Source: Akkermansiaceae bacterium
Lineage (GTDB): Bacteria; Verrucomicrobiota; Verrucomicrobiia; Verrucomicrobiales; Akkermansiaceae
Direction: 5' to 3'
Length of the DNA: 64,000 bases
Assembly: GCA_043729385.1 (NCBI GenBank)
Contig: JAYTLO010000077.1
Span: forward strand, 1,305-65,304
A program made the translations under genes and the position numbers. This document shows positions 10,629-19,494 of this stretch, piece by piece. Numbering within the stretch: the first letter of the stretch is position 1; the number at the start of each line of letters is the position of its first letter. The notes under the pieces were generated by a model. It searched no databases, had not been told where the DNA came from, and was given only the letters and a program-made list of their open reading frames with translations.

Positions 10629-10736
10629 GTAGCTGGAGCGTCCCGCTCCAGACCGTTGTCCGGGCGTCCCGCCCGGAAATGCGATGCGCGAGGCGGGACG
10701 CCTCCGCAACGGTCTGGCGCGAGACGCGCCAGCCAC
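10629..10736. repeat. GTAG-family REP doublet (REPIN/BIME-like) with four GC-rich hairpins
   Basis: GTAG+CTGGAGCG-TCC-CGCTCCAG at left and inverted GTGG+CTGGCGCG-TCT-CGCGCCAG at right. Inner hairpins CCGGGCGTCCCGCCCGG and GAGGCGGGACGCCTC. Lies between convergent genes. Confidence 0.8.
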
Positions 10737-10757
10737 TATCCGGCGAGAGCACCGCAC

Positions 10758-12512
10758 TCAAACTAACGCTTTCGCGACATCTTCTAACTTCCACGAACCC
10801 GACCGATCCAAGGTCAGCAGGCGGTCGTGATAGGGAATCAAAGTTGTGCGATGTCCCACGCTGATGTAGCCGATTTCCGAATCCCGGATCTGGCGATAGA
10901 GATGGTCCTGGTTGTCCTCGTCGAGCGCGCTGGTGGCCTCGTCCAAGAACGCGAACTTGGGCTGGCGCAGGAACAAACGCGCGAAGGCGATGCGCTGCTG
11001 CTCGCCGAGCGAGAGCATGTTATTCCAGTCCACCACCCGGTCCAGCTCACCTTCCACGCGCTCCAGCACATCAGTTAGATGTACCGCCTCCACCACCGCG
11101 AGGATTTCCTCATCACTGGCTCCACGATCCGGGTACGGGTAAAGCAATTGATCCCGCAGGCAACCTTCCACCATGTACGGCCGCTGGGGGAGAAACATCA
11201 ATTGGTTCGCCGCCGGACGTTCTAGCAGCCCGCTTGCTCCAGGCCACAGCCCGGCGATGGTGCGCAGGACCGAGCTTTTGCCGGTGCCGCTCGCGCCCAT
11301 GATGATCAAGCTTTGGTCCACCCGCAGCTGGAAGGAAAGCTTCTCCACCAGCGTCTTCATGACCACCGGAGTGCAAATGGTGAGTTCATCTAACTTCACG
11401 ACCCGACTGTTTTCCTCGGGCTTGTTCGTTGCCTCGAATGCGATCCGTTGTTCCTCCGCGTCGTGCTCATCGAGCTGGTCCCACAAGCTGCCTAACCGTT
11501 GGACGCCTGCCAGATAAGCGCTCAAGCCGCCGAACTGCGTGATGATCAGCGATAGTGCCGTGAGCACCGTGGCAAACGCCCCAGCCGCCTGCGTCACCAC
11601 GCCGAATTCCACCTGCCCACGCATGTACATCGGAGCCACGATGGCCACCGGCAGCACCAGCGCGAGGTAGTTATAACTGTTGGTGAAAAACGCGAGGTTC
11701 CGGTTGCAAATGATGATCAAGCGCATGTTAGCCACCGCCGTGGTCAGCCGGTTAAATAAGTCCAAGTGCTCGCGTTTTTCTCCCCGATAGAAAGCGATCG
11801 ATTCCGCATTATCTCGCACTCGCACTAGCGCATAGCGGAAGTTCGCCTCCTTTTCATATTGATGGTAATGCAATCTAACCAGCTTGCGGCCGATCAAGAT
11901 GCTGATGCCCGTGCCAGCGATGGCATACACCACTAACATTGCGACGAGGGTGCCGGAAATCAGCCACAGCACGCCGATGAATGTGAGCAACGTGATCAGC
12001 GAGTTAAGCGCAATTAACAGAAAGGACAGCGAACTCACCGTGAAATTTCTAACATCCTCACTGATCCGCTGATCCGGGTTATCCACGCTTTCCGACCCCC
12101 GCAGCCGGAAGTAGGCGCGGTTGTTAAAATAGCGTTTCACCAAATGCTGGGCCAGCCACTCCCGCCACAGCAGCGCCAGCCGTTCCTCGACCCAGCGATA
12201 GTAAACGCCGATGGGAATCGCCAATGCGAACGTCCCCAAATACCACCCTAACGCCTTCCAATACGCCGCCGGATCTTTGTTCGTAATCGCCGTCATGAAG
12301 TCTCGTCCGGCATAGCTCATCAGCAGTTGCACCGCCCCCACCGCCAGCGCCAACACCAGCAAGGCGATCAAAAACCCCCTCGCTTTGCGCCTGCGTTCCG
12401 ATGCAAAGAACGCCTTTGAAATCAGCCAAAATTGGCGGCGAGTCGTTTCTAATGTCTGCCGTTTCTCGACAGGTTCTTCCACCGGCGGGGTCTTTGCGTC
12501 TGAGTTTTCCAC
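10758..12512 (-). CDS. ABC-D/YddA-BacA-family fused ABC transporter
   Basis: DNPDQRISED, EANFR, GASGTGKSS, LSLGEQQR, LDEATSALD and SVGHR motifs. Confidence 0.93.
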   Translation of the reverse strand: MENSDAKTPPVEEPVEKRQTLETTRRQFWLISKAFFASERRRKARGFLIALLVLALAVGAVQLLMSYAGRDFMTAITNKDPAAYWKALGWYLGTFALAIPIGVYYRWVEERLALLWREWLAQHLVKRYFNNRAYFRLRGSESVDNPDQRISEDVRNFTVSSLSFLLIALNSLITLLTFIGVLWLISGTLVAMLVVYAIAGTGISILIGRKLVRLHYHQYEKEANFRYALVRVRDNAESIAFYRGEKREHLDLFNRLTTAVANMRLIIICNRNLAFFTNSYNYLALVLPVAIVAPMYMRGQVEFGVVTQAAGAFATVLTALSLIITQFGGLSAYLAGVQRLGSLWDQLDEHDAEEQRIAFEATNKPEENSRVVKLDELTICTPVVMKTLVEKLSFQLRVDQSLIIMGASGTGKSSVLRTIAGLWPGASGLLERPAANQLMFLPQRPYMVEGCLRDQLLYPYPDRGASDEEILAVVEAVHLTDVLERVEGELDRVVDWNNMLSLGEQQRIAFARLFLRQPKFAFLDEATSALDEDNQDHLYRQIRDSEIGYISVGHRTTLIPYHDRLLTLDRSGSWKLEDVAKALV

Positions 12513-12781
12513 GTAGGGAAGACTTTAACTCCCACCCGACCCATTGCGACCGAAAGTTTTTCAACTCACGCCGCACTTCGGGGAAAAACACAAAAAGTGC
12601 CGCCAGGGAATCCGCGGCAAGTTCGGACAAACTACCGTTGCTCCGATCAAGGCCTGGCGGGGTTCGCCTGCCGAACCTCCACGGCCCCTGACAGCCCGGA
12701 AAGACAAAACCAGCCGGGCGGATTGGGCAATTCATTTTATCCGCAAAGCGCTTTGGCGTACCCGCCAGGTTTTGCGAGCCG

Positions 12782-13162
12782 TTAGGTCGCGGGACCTTTT
12801 GGGAAATAGCGGACGTTCGGAAGCTCTTTGAAATGCTCGTCCTGAGTCCAAAGAGTCGCTCCGTGGCGCATCGCCGTAGCGTAGATCATGCTGTCAGCCA
12901 GTGGCAAACCTTGGCGTGCGGCTTCGAGTGCCAGCGAACAATCCATGTCAACGACGCGACCATGTTGCATCATGCTGGCGATCTGGAGCGCCTCATCCTC
13001 ACCTCGCTCCCTTAGCACTTTCTTGAAAACTTCATAAATGGAGATAACCGGCACGATGAGATTTTCACTGTCTTCAACGGCTTCGGCAAACAACGCTGCG
13101 CGAAGACTGTCAGTGAAATATTCGAGCCACCCCGAGGAGTCCACGACGTTAGCTGTGCTCAA
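12782..13162 (-). CDS. vapC: VapC-like PIN-domain toxin
   Basis: VVDSSGWLEY, IYEV, LADSMIYATA and TQDEHF PIN acidic residues; 4-bp overlap with the antitoxin. Confidence 0.9.
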   Translation of the reverse strand: MSTANVVDSSGWLEYFTDSLRAALFAEAVEDSENLIVPVISIYEVFKKVLRERGEDEALQIASMMQHGRVVDMDCSLALEAARQGLPLADSMIYATAMRHGATLWTQDEHFKELPNVRYFPKGPAT

Positions 13163-13365
13163 AGGCGGTCATCCTCCCGCTCGATGGTTGTGTCCATGCC
13201 ACGAAGAAAACCGCGCATCTGCTGGATCGGGCGGACTGGAATGAATTCCACCCGGTCAGCGTAACGCATGACCCGCAACTTCTCGCCGGGCGTGAGCTGC
13301 AGCGCCTCCCGAATGACCAGCGGGATGACGACTTGAAATTTGGGAGAAAGGGTGACGGTATCCAT
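13159..13365 (-). CDS. AbrB/MazE/SpoVT-family antitoxin
   Basis: TLSPKFQVVIP..IREALQLTPGEKL signature, directly upstream of the PIN toxin. Confidence 0.9.
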   Translation of the reverse strand: MDTVTLSPKFQVVIPLVIREALQLTPGEKLRVMRYADRVEFIPVRPIQQMRGFLRGMDTTIEREDDRL

Positions 13366-13520
13366 ATCGATTGGCGCACCGTAATACGGTCGGGAGATCG
13401 ATGCAAGCGGGCATCATAAATCCTCCAATGGAAGTGATTCATTCATCCATACAAGATGTAGGACGATTGCATATTTCAATCAGCAGGCCGCGAGAACATG
13501 CGATGACCCCGCCCCCTGCT

Positions 13521-14090
13521 TCACTCATCCAGCAGCGAACTCCGCGTGAACAGCGAGATGACGTGCACGCCTCGCGCTTCGATGGCTTGGCGGCCGCCTT
13601 CCTCGCGATCCACGAGCACCAAGCAGAACGCGACGTTTCCACCTTCGCGCTCAATGGCGTCGATGGCTTTGAGAGTGGAGCCGCCGGTGGTGATGACGTC
13701 ATCCACGACGATCACGTTGTGGCCGGATTGGAAATTGCCCTCGATTTGTTTGCCTGCGCCATGGCCCTTCGGCTCCTTGCGGACGGTAAAAACCTGAAGG
13801 GCTTCGGCGGGATTTTTCGTCGCAGAGGCCATCCCGACGGCGAGGGAAATCGGGTCGGCCCCGAGAGTCATGCCGCCGATGGCGTCGATCTTGAGTTGCT
13901 CGGAATGGATCTTCGAGCGGACGGCATGCCAGCCGAGATCGCCGATGAGCAAGGCTCCGAAAGGATCGAGCGCGGTCACCCGGCAGTCGATGTAGAGATC
14001 GCTCTGCTTGCCGGAAGCGAGGGTGAAGCTGCCGGTGCGGACAGATTTCTGAAGCAGAAGTTTTTTCAAAGCGGAGGCGGTCTGGAGCAT
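13521..14090 (-). CDS. pyrE: Orotate phosphoribosyltransferase
   Basis: FTLASGKQSDLYID, VRKEPKGHG and the PRPP motif VVDDVITTGGS. Start trimmed to MLQT. Confidence 0.96.
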   Translation of the reverse strand: MLQTASALKKLLLQKSVRTGSFTLASGKQSDLYIDCRVTALDPFGALLIGDLGWHAVRSKIHSEQLKIDAIGGMTLGADPISLAVGMASATKNPAEALQVFTVRKEPKGHGAGKQIEGNFQSGHNVIVVDDVITTGGSTLKAIDAIEREGGNVAFCLVLVDREEGGRQAIEARGVHVISLFTRSSLLDE

Positions 14091-14114
14091 GGGGGGATCA
14101 TGGCGCAGATGCGG

Positions 14115-14224
14115 AAAAACTGAAAAGCCGAAAAACTGAAAGGGCGATTTGAACGCCAGCGAGCCGGGCATGAGCGATTCGGAAATCGCCCTTGCGAGCT
14201 CCTGCTCGTCCCGGATCGCAAGGG
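14115..14224 (-). promoter_or_regulatory. Candidate pyrE attenuator: overlapping alternative hairpins followed by U-tracts
   Basis: 9-bp inverted repeat 14189-14197/14216-14224 overlaps an 11-bp inverted repeat 14140-14150/14183-14193. On the minus strand TCAGTTTTT tracts follow. Confidence 0.4.
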
Positions 14225-14230
14225 TGCCAG

Positions 14231-14686
14231 TTAGAGGAGCCTCTTCATCACTGCGGCGGATAGTAATTTGCCGTCTGCCCGACCTTCTGCGAGTTCTTGG
14301 GCACGCTTCATCACCTTGCCCATGTCTGCCTTGCCGGTGGCGGCGGTATCGGCCACGGCCTGTTCGATGATGGCGGCAAGCTGGTCCTCACCGAGCGCGG
14401 CGGGGAGGTAGCGGGATAGAATTTCGATCTCGGTTTTCTCAGTCGCCGCCAGCTCGGCGCGGCCGGCCTTCTCGAACTGCTCGCACGAATCAACCCGCTG
14501 CTTGATTTGTTTTCTAACGACGGCAAGCACTTCGGATTCGTCGAGGACGATGCTGAGGTTGCCCTTCTCAATGGCGGCATTCATCAGGGCGCTTTTCAAC
14601 GCGCGGAGGGCATTGAGGCTGACGGTGTCCTTGGCTCTCATGGCGGATTTGATATCTTCGGGAATGCGGTTGGCGGTGTCGCTCAT
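14231..14686 (-). CDS. GatB/YqeY domain protein
   Basis: DIKSAMRAKD, KQIKQRVDS..F..AGR.EL...E, YLP, DMGKVM and GRADGK motifs. Confidence 0.93.
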   Translation of the reverse strand: MSDTANRIPEDIKSAMRAKDTVSLNALRALKSALMNAAIEKGNLSIVLDESEVLAVVRKQIKQRVDSCEQFEKAGRAELAATEKTEIEILSRYLPAALGEDQLAAIIEQAVADTAATGKADMGKVMKRAQELAEGRADGKLLSAAVMKRLL

Positions 14687-14764
14687 GGCTCTGTGGTATC
14701 AGGGCGATGCACGCCGCCAAGCAAAACTCATTGGAGAAACGGGCGGGGGTGCGGATCAGAATTG

Positions 14765-14863
14765 ACCACTGATTTTACTGATTGAACTGATTTTAAGACT
14801 GAGATCTTTGCCAAGCTCGCAGTCTTTAATTCTCTCAATCAGGGAATCAGTGCAATCAGTGGT
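14765..14863. repeat. Intergenic inverted repeat with about 9-bp periodic arms (ACTGATT type)
   Basis: ACCACTGATTTTACTGATTGAACTGATT ... AATCAGGGAATCAGTGCAATCAGTGGT, with an inner stem AAGACTG/CAGTCTT. Confidence 0.8.
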
Positions 14864-14900
14864 TAGAAAAATCGTCAACCTGAGGAAACGAACCGTGACG

Positions 14901-15512
14901 TCATTCCACTCCGGTCAGCGGCTCGAGTTCGATCTCGCGGCTGAAGGTGTCGATGGCGGTTTTGCCGACGTTCCGCGTGTCGATGAGTGAATAGCCGCCG
15001 ATGAGGGCTGGACCGATGATCGGCAACCAGCGCGATAGGGTTTTGCCGACGGCCTTCTGGCTGACTTGGACGCCGATCCTGCGAAGAGTTTGCTGGATGA
15101 CGCGCAGGCTGGCTTGTTTCACGATGACCCGCTCGCCGACGCGGGCGACGACGTCCCGCACGACCATGGCCGCGCCGTGGCGGAACAGGCAATAGACCAT
15201 CATTTGGCGATTCAGCTGGGCGGTCTTGCCAAAGCAGGCAGCGACATCGGCCACCATCTGTTGTTGGAGCTGCCAGACTTGGAGTAAATCGGGAATGACC
15301 GTGAGCAAGCCAAGCGGTCCGGGCGGCAGCGCGAGGGTGGCGGAAAGGGCACCCGCCTTAAATCCGGCGACACGAATGATCTCTGCGGCGCGTGCGTGAG
15401 GATGGTCGCTCGCTGGCTCGGCGGAGCTTGGAATTTTCAAAGCCAGATCCTCTAACATTTGCAGCCAAGTCTGCGGCAGCTCGGGGTCGTCATCGGCATC
15501 GCTGAGGTTCAT
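14901..15512 (-). CDS. EcsC-like hypothetical protein
   Basis: ALPPGPLGLLTVIPDL...MVADVAACFG...RWLPIIG..IGG pattern. Start uncertain. Confidence 0.7.
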   Translation of the reverse strand: MNLSDADDDPELPQTWLQMLEDLALKIPSSAEPASDHPHARAAEIIRVAGFKAGALSATLALPPGPLGLLTVIPDLLQVWQLQQQMVADVAACFGKTAQLNRQMMVYCLFRHGAAMVVRDVVARVGERVIVKQASLRVIQQTLRRIGVQVSQKAVGKTLSRWLPIIGPALIGGYSLIDTRNVGKTAIDTFSREIELEPLTGVE

Positions 15513-15636
15513 GTCGTTCACTGGATCAGGAGTTTCTCGAGTTGCAACCGGATCTTCCACGGTGAGTCGGGTTTCACCCCATAGAGCTTTGTTTGGAAGG
15601 GTGGCACATTCACGCTGCGAAGAACCACCCATCCCC

Positions 15637-16182
15637 ATGAAAACCTCTATCACCTTTATTTCTCAAATCGTTAGAACCGTGGCCGTCGCCATGGTCTGCC
15701 TGATCGCACTGCCCCAAGAAGCGGAGGCCAAGGGGCCGAAGGCGAAGAAAAATCATGGCAACGGGCATGGTTCGGGAAACAAGAAGAACCGCCAGAGTGA
15801 TCGCGGCGATCGCGATGACCGCGATCGGCAGTATTACACATCGCGGCCCAGATCCACCTTTGTGCTATCACTGGGCACTGGCTACGCCGGGCGGGGCTAC
15901 TACTACGGGCCTGCGAATTCGTCTTATTACTATCAGCGCTCGGACGTTAGATACTTCGCCACCCGCGAAGCGGCACCTCGGGAATACTATGGGAATGAGG
16001 GCTATCAGGACAACACTGCGGTGCAACGCGAACTCTCGCGGCGCGGCTATTACAACGGTCCTCTTGACGGGTCGATCGGGCCGCAATCCAGTCGGGCGAT
16101 TTCCCGCTATCAGCGCGACAAAGGCCTGCAACAGACGGGATCAATCTCGCAAAGTTTGCTCAGGTCATTGGGTTTGCAATGA
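15637..16182 (+). CDS. Secreted Tyr-rich protein with C-terminal peptidoglycan-binding domain
   Basis: Signal peptide; VQRELSRRGYYNGPLDGSIGPQSSRAISRYQRDKGL (PG_binding_1 pattern). Confidence 0.85.
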   Translation: MKTSITFISQIVRTVAVAMVCLIALPQEAEAKGPKAKKNHGNGHGSGNKKNRQSDRGDRDDRDRQYYTSRPRSTFVLSLGTGYAGRGYYYGPANSSYYYQRSDVRYFATREAAPREYYGNEGYQDNTAVQRELSRRGYYNGPLDGSIGPQSSRAISRYQRDKGLQQTGSISQSLLRSLGLQ

Positions 16183-16298
16183 AACCCGAGTGTGCGATTG
16201 ATCAGACTCGTTATGAAAACTATGCCCCCTTTTTCCACCCACAGTCGTGCTGATGCGGCAAGCGCCGCGCTGCTTCAAAACTCAAATGAAACGATGTC

Positions 16299-17588
16299 AT
16301 GAAGCGCGCTCGCATTCTAACTGCCCAGCGGATTTTAAGTGCATTGTTGCTGGTGGGGTCTATCAGCGGCTGCTCGTCCACTTCTGAGAGCCGCCGTAAC
16401 TCTCGCGATAATGCTTTCATCAGTTACTGGCCTCCTCCGAGGGAAAGCACTGGGCTGCGCCTTGCGGTTAAGGATCTCATCGACATGAAGGGCTACGTGA
16501 CCACCGCAGGTTCCGAGTATTTTGCGCGAAACAATCCACCAGCGACGCGCGACGCCGCGTGCTTGGCGATTGCTCGTGAGAGAAATGTGCAGTTCGTGGG
16601 GAAAACCAATCTCACCGAGTTTGCGGTGACTGTTTCTGGTAAAAACTCGTATTTCGGCACGCCGGTCAATCGCTGGGACGGCAAGCATAAGGTGATTCCC
16701 GGCGGCTCTTCAAGTGGCTCGGCTGTGGCCGTGTCCACCGGGAGGGCGGATGTCGCGATCGGCACCGATACCGGCGGCTCGATCCGCGTGCCTGCGGCGT
16801 GTTGCGGGATTTATGGTTTGAAGACGACATACGGCCTCGTCTCGACCAAGGGCGTGTTTCCCATTTCCCCCAAGCATCTGGACACCGTCGGGCCGATGGC
16901 TGCGGATATGCCGCATCTGGTGGAAGGCATGGATCTGCTGGAGCGGGGATTCGCTTCGAAATACCGCCAAGTGGTCGCCGCCAAGCCATCGGCCAAACAA
17001 ATCCGGATCGGTCGGCTATATATCAGCGGCACCGATCCGGCGATCGACAAGGCCATCGACGAGGCGCTCGCCGCCAAGGGCTTCAAGGTGGTGAAACTCG
17101 ACGATCGCTTCAAAGCCAAGTGGGCGCAGGCGGAAACCGATGGCAAAACCGTGGCTCTTGCCGACGCCTGGCTGAACGATGACAAATACAGCAAAAACCC
17201 GGGAGTCGATCCAACCACCCGCTTGGTGATCGCCAAGGGCGGACTGGATCATGCGACAGGCTACGAGGCCGCATTGAAGCGGAAGGCAGCGTGGCAACGG
17301 GATCTTCGGAGAGTTTTTGAAAAGGTGGATTTCATTGCCACTCCGACGTTGCAGAGCCTGCCACCGAAGATGCCGTGGTTCGGCTCAGAGATTCTGTTCG
17401 AGTGGATCGTGTTCAATTCGCAGAACACCGTGGGGGTGAATTTCGCCGGAAATCCCGCGCTGGCGATTCCCATTCCCATGCCGCCGCGAGGCAAGACCGT
17501 CCCTGTCACCAGCTTGCAGTTGGTAGGGCCACGCTTGAGTGAAGCGGAGCTTTTAAACGCTGGCCGCATCCTTGCCCCCAAATCCTGA
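16299..17588 (+). CDS. Amidase signature family enzyme, probable lipoprotein
   Basis: AVKD, GKTNLTEF, GGSSSGS and GTDTGGSIRVPA motifs; lipobox-like ISGC. Confidence 0.92.
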   Translation: MKRARILTAQRILSALLLVGSISGCSSTSESRRNSRDNAFISYWPPPRESTGLRLAVKDLIDMKGYVTTAGSEYFARNNPPATRDAACLAIARERNVQFVGKTNLTEFAVTVSGKNSYFGTPVNRWDGKHKVIPGGSSSGSAVAVSTGRADVAIGTDTGGSIRVPAACCGIYGLKTTYGLVSTKGVFPISPKHLDTVGPMAADMPHLVEGMDLLERGFASKYRQVVAAKPSAKQIRIGRLYISGTDPAIDKAIDEALAAKGFKVVKLDDRFKAKWAQAETDGKTVALADAWLNDDKYSKNPGVDPTTRLVIAKGGLDHATGYEAALKRKAAWQRDLRRVFEKVDFIATPTLQSLPPKMPWFGSEILFEWIVFNSQNTVGVNFAGNPALAIPIPMPPRGKTVPVTSLQLVGPRLSEAELLNAGRILAPKS

Positions 17589-17623
17589 TCCAGCTGGCGA
17601 CCAATCAAAACCCACATCCCATC

Positions 17624-18382
17624 ATGAAAACCTTCATTGCCTCCACCGTCTTGGCCCTCGTTCTAACGGTCACTCCAAGCTTCGGCCAATCCGCGACAGA
17701 ACTCATGGAAAAGGGCGATGTCTTCGACGTCAGTTTCCGCCCAGCCGAGGCACTTAAAAGTTATTTGCCCGCCGAAAAGCTTGAGCCTAACAACGTTGCG
17801 CTGCTGCTGCGGATTGCTAGGCAGTACCGGCACCTGCTGAGCGATGCCAAGACCGGCGCCGAGAAGCTCAAGCTCGGCGGGATGGCGATGAACTACGGGC
17901 AAAAGGCGGCGGCACTCGCACCAAACGATTCCGAAGCCCAACTTTCCCCGGCGATCACCTACGGCAAAATGCTGCCCTATCAGGGGAAAAAGGAACAAGT
18001 GGAAGCCACTCCGCGGATCAAGGCGGCAGCGGATCGGGCGCTCAAGCTCGATCCCAAGAATGACTCGGCCTGGCATGTGCTGGGCCGCTGGCATCAAGGA
18101 CTCGCCAACGTCAGTGGCCTCAAGCGCACTTTTGGAGAAATGCTCTACGGCAAGCTACCTGCGGGCACCAATGCGCAATCCATTGCTTGTTTCGAGAAAG
18201 CCATCGCCATCAATCCCAACCGCCTCCGGCACTACATCGAGCAAGGCCGGACCTGGGCGCAGATGGGTGATAACGGCAAAGCGCGCCGTTTCATCGAGAA
18301 AGGAATGGCGATGCCTAATACCGAGAAGGACGACGCGGAAATGAAAGCGCGGGGCCGCGAGGCGCTGGCCAAGCTGCCGTGA
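17624..18382 (+). CDS. Secreted TPR protein
   Basis: Signal peptide; TPR-like repeats (ALKLDPKNDSAWHVLG, FEKAIAINP). Confidence 0.8.
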   Translation: MKTFIASTVLALVLTVTPSFGQSATELMEKGDVFDVSFRPAEALKSYLPAEKLEPNNVALLLRIARQYRHLLSDAKTGAEKLKLGGMAMNYGQKAAALAPNDSEAQLSPAITYGKMLPYQGKKEQVEATPRIKAAADRALKLDPKNDSAWHVLGRWHQGLANVSGLKRTFGEMLYGKLPAGTNAQSIACFEKAIAINPNRLRHYIEQGRTWAQMGDNGKARRFIEKGMAMPNTEKDDAEMKARGREALAKLP

Positions 18383-18469
18383 TCGTTTGGATTGACAGGT
18401 CGGCGCTTTCGCGAGTTTTCTGAAGAGGATTGATTGGATATCGGTTCACAGCCCTAACTAACTAAAATC

Positions 18470-19360
18470 ATGGAATGGAAAGGACGCAGAGAGAGTTCGA
18501 ATGTGGAAGACGCACGCGGGCGGAGTTCCGGCGGCGGCATGGGCGGCGGCGGTGGGCTTGGTTTGCTGATGACCATTGGCCGGGTGTTCGGATTCAAGGG
18601 AATTCTGGTGGCGCTGGTGGTGGGTGCGGTGCTCTGGATGACGGGCATCCTGGACCCCGGCGCGTTGCTCGGTGGCGGCCCATCCACAGGGGGATCGCAA
18701 CAAGTGGTGGCGAGCCAAGAGGAGCAAGAGCGGTATGATTTCGTAAAAGTGGTGCTCGGGCAAACTGAGGACGTCTGGTCGAGTGAGTTTGGCCGAATCG
18801 GCAAGAAATATGAGTTTCCGAAACTCGAAGTATTTCGCGGCCAGACCCAGACCGGATGCGGCGGCGGAAGTGCGGCGATGGGGCCATTCTATTGTCCCGC
18901 AGATCGCAAGGTTTACATCGATCTGAGTTTCTATGACGAACTCGCGAGAACCTTCAACTCGCCAGGAGATTTCGCGCAGGCGTATGTGGTCGCGCACGAA
19001 GTCGGCCACCATGTGCAGAAATTGCTGGGCATTTCCGACAAGGTAGCGGCGATGCGCGGCAGGCCGGACTACAACGAGTATTCGGTGCGGCTGGAACTCC
19101 AAGCGGACTACTATGCCGGAGTCTGGGCCTATCACTCGAAGCAGGCTTTGAAGCTAGACAACAGCGACATTGAGGAAGCCATGCGCGCCGCGAACGCCAT
19201 CGGCGATGACATGATTCAAAAAAAGCAGCAGGGACGCGTCACCCCCGAAGCCTTCACCCATGGAACGGCGGCGCAACGGATGCGGTGGTTCAAAAAAGGC
19301 CTAGATAGTGGCAGAATCGAGGGTGGAGATACGTTCGCGATGGGGTATCGGGAGCTGTGA
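18470..19360 (+). CDS. YpfJ-like neutral zinc metallopeptidase
   Basis: GRRESSNVEDARG, GPFYCPAD, HEVGHHVQ, LELQAD and FTHGT motifs. Confidence 0.93.
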   Translation: MEWKGRRESSNVEDARGRSSGGGMGGGGGLGLLMTIGRVFGFKGILVALVVGAVLWMTGILDPGALLGGGPSTGGSQQVVASQEEQERYDFVKVVLGQTEDVWSSEFGRIGKKYEFPKLEVFRGQTQTGCGGGSAAMGPFYCPADRKVYIDLSFYDELARTFNSPGDFAQAYVVAHEVGHHVQKLLGISDKVAAMRGRPDYNEYSVRLELQADYYAGVWAYHSKQALKLDNSDIEEAMRAANAIGDDMIQKKQQGRVTPEAFTHGTAAQRMRWFKKGLDSGRIEGGDTFAMGYREL

Positions 19361-19494
19361 CTTAACCCTCGAATTTTGGAGTCCAGCTTGATGGAGGGCG
19401 GACACTCTTGTCCGCCTGGTCAATGCGATGAGCAAGGAAAGGCGCGTAAGCTCGACCCTTGCGCACTTCATTGGCGGCACGACAAGAGTGTCGA

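Noticed and set aside
15602-15617. Sigma-54-like TGGCAC upstream of the PG-binding protein
   Set aside because: The GC of the -12 element is one base off the strict spacing and TTGC is absent.
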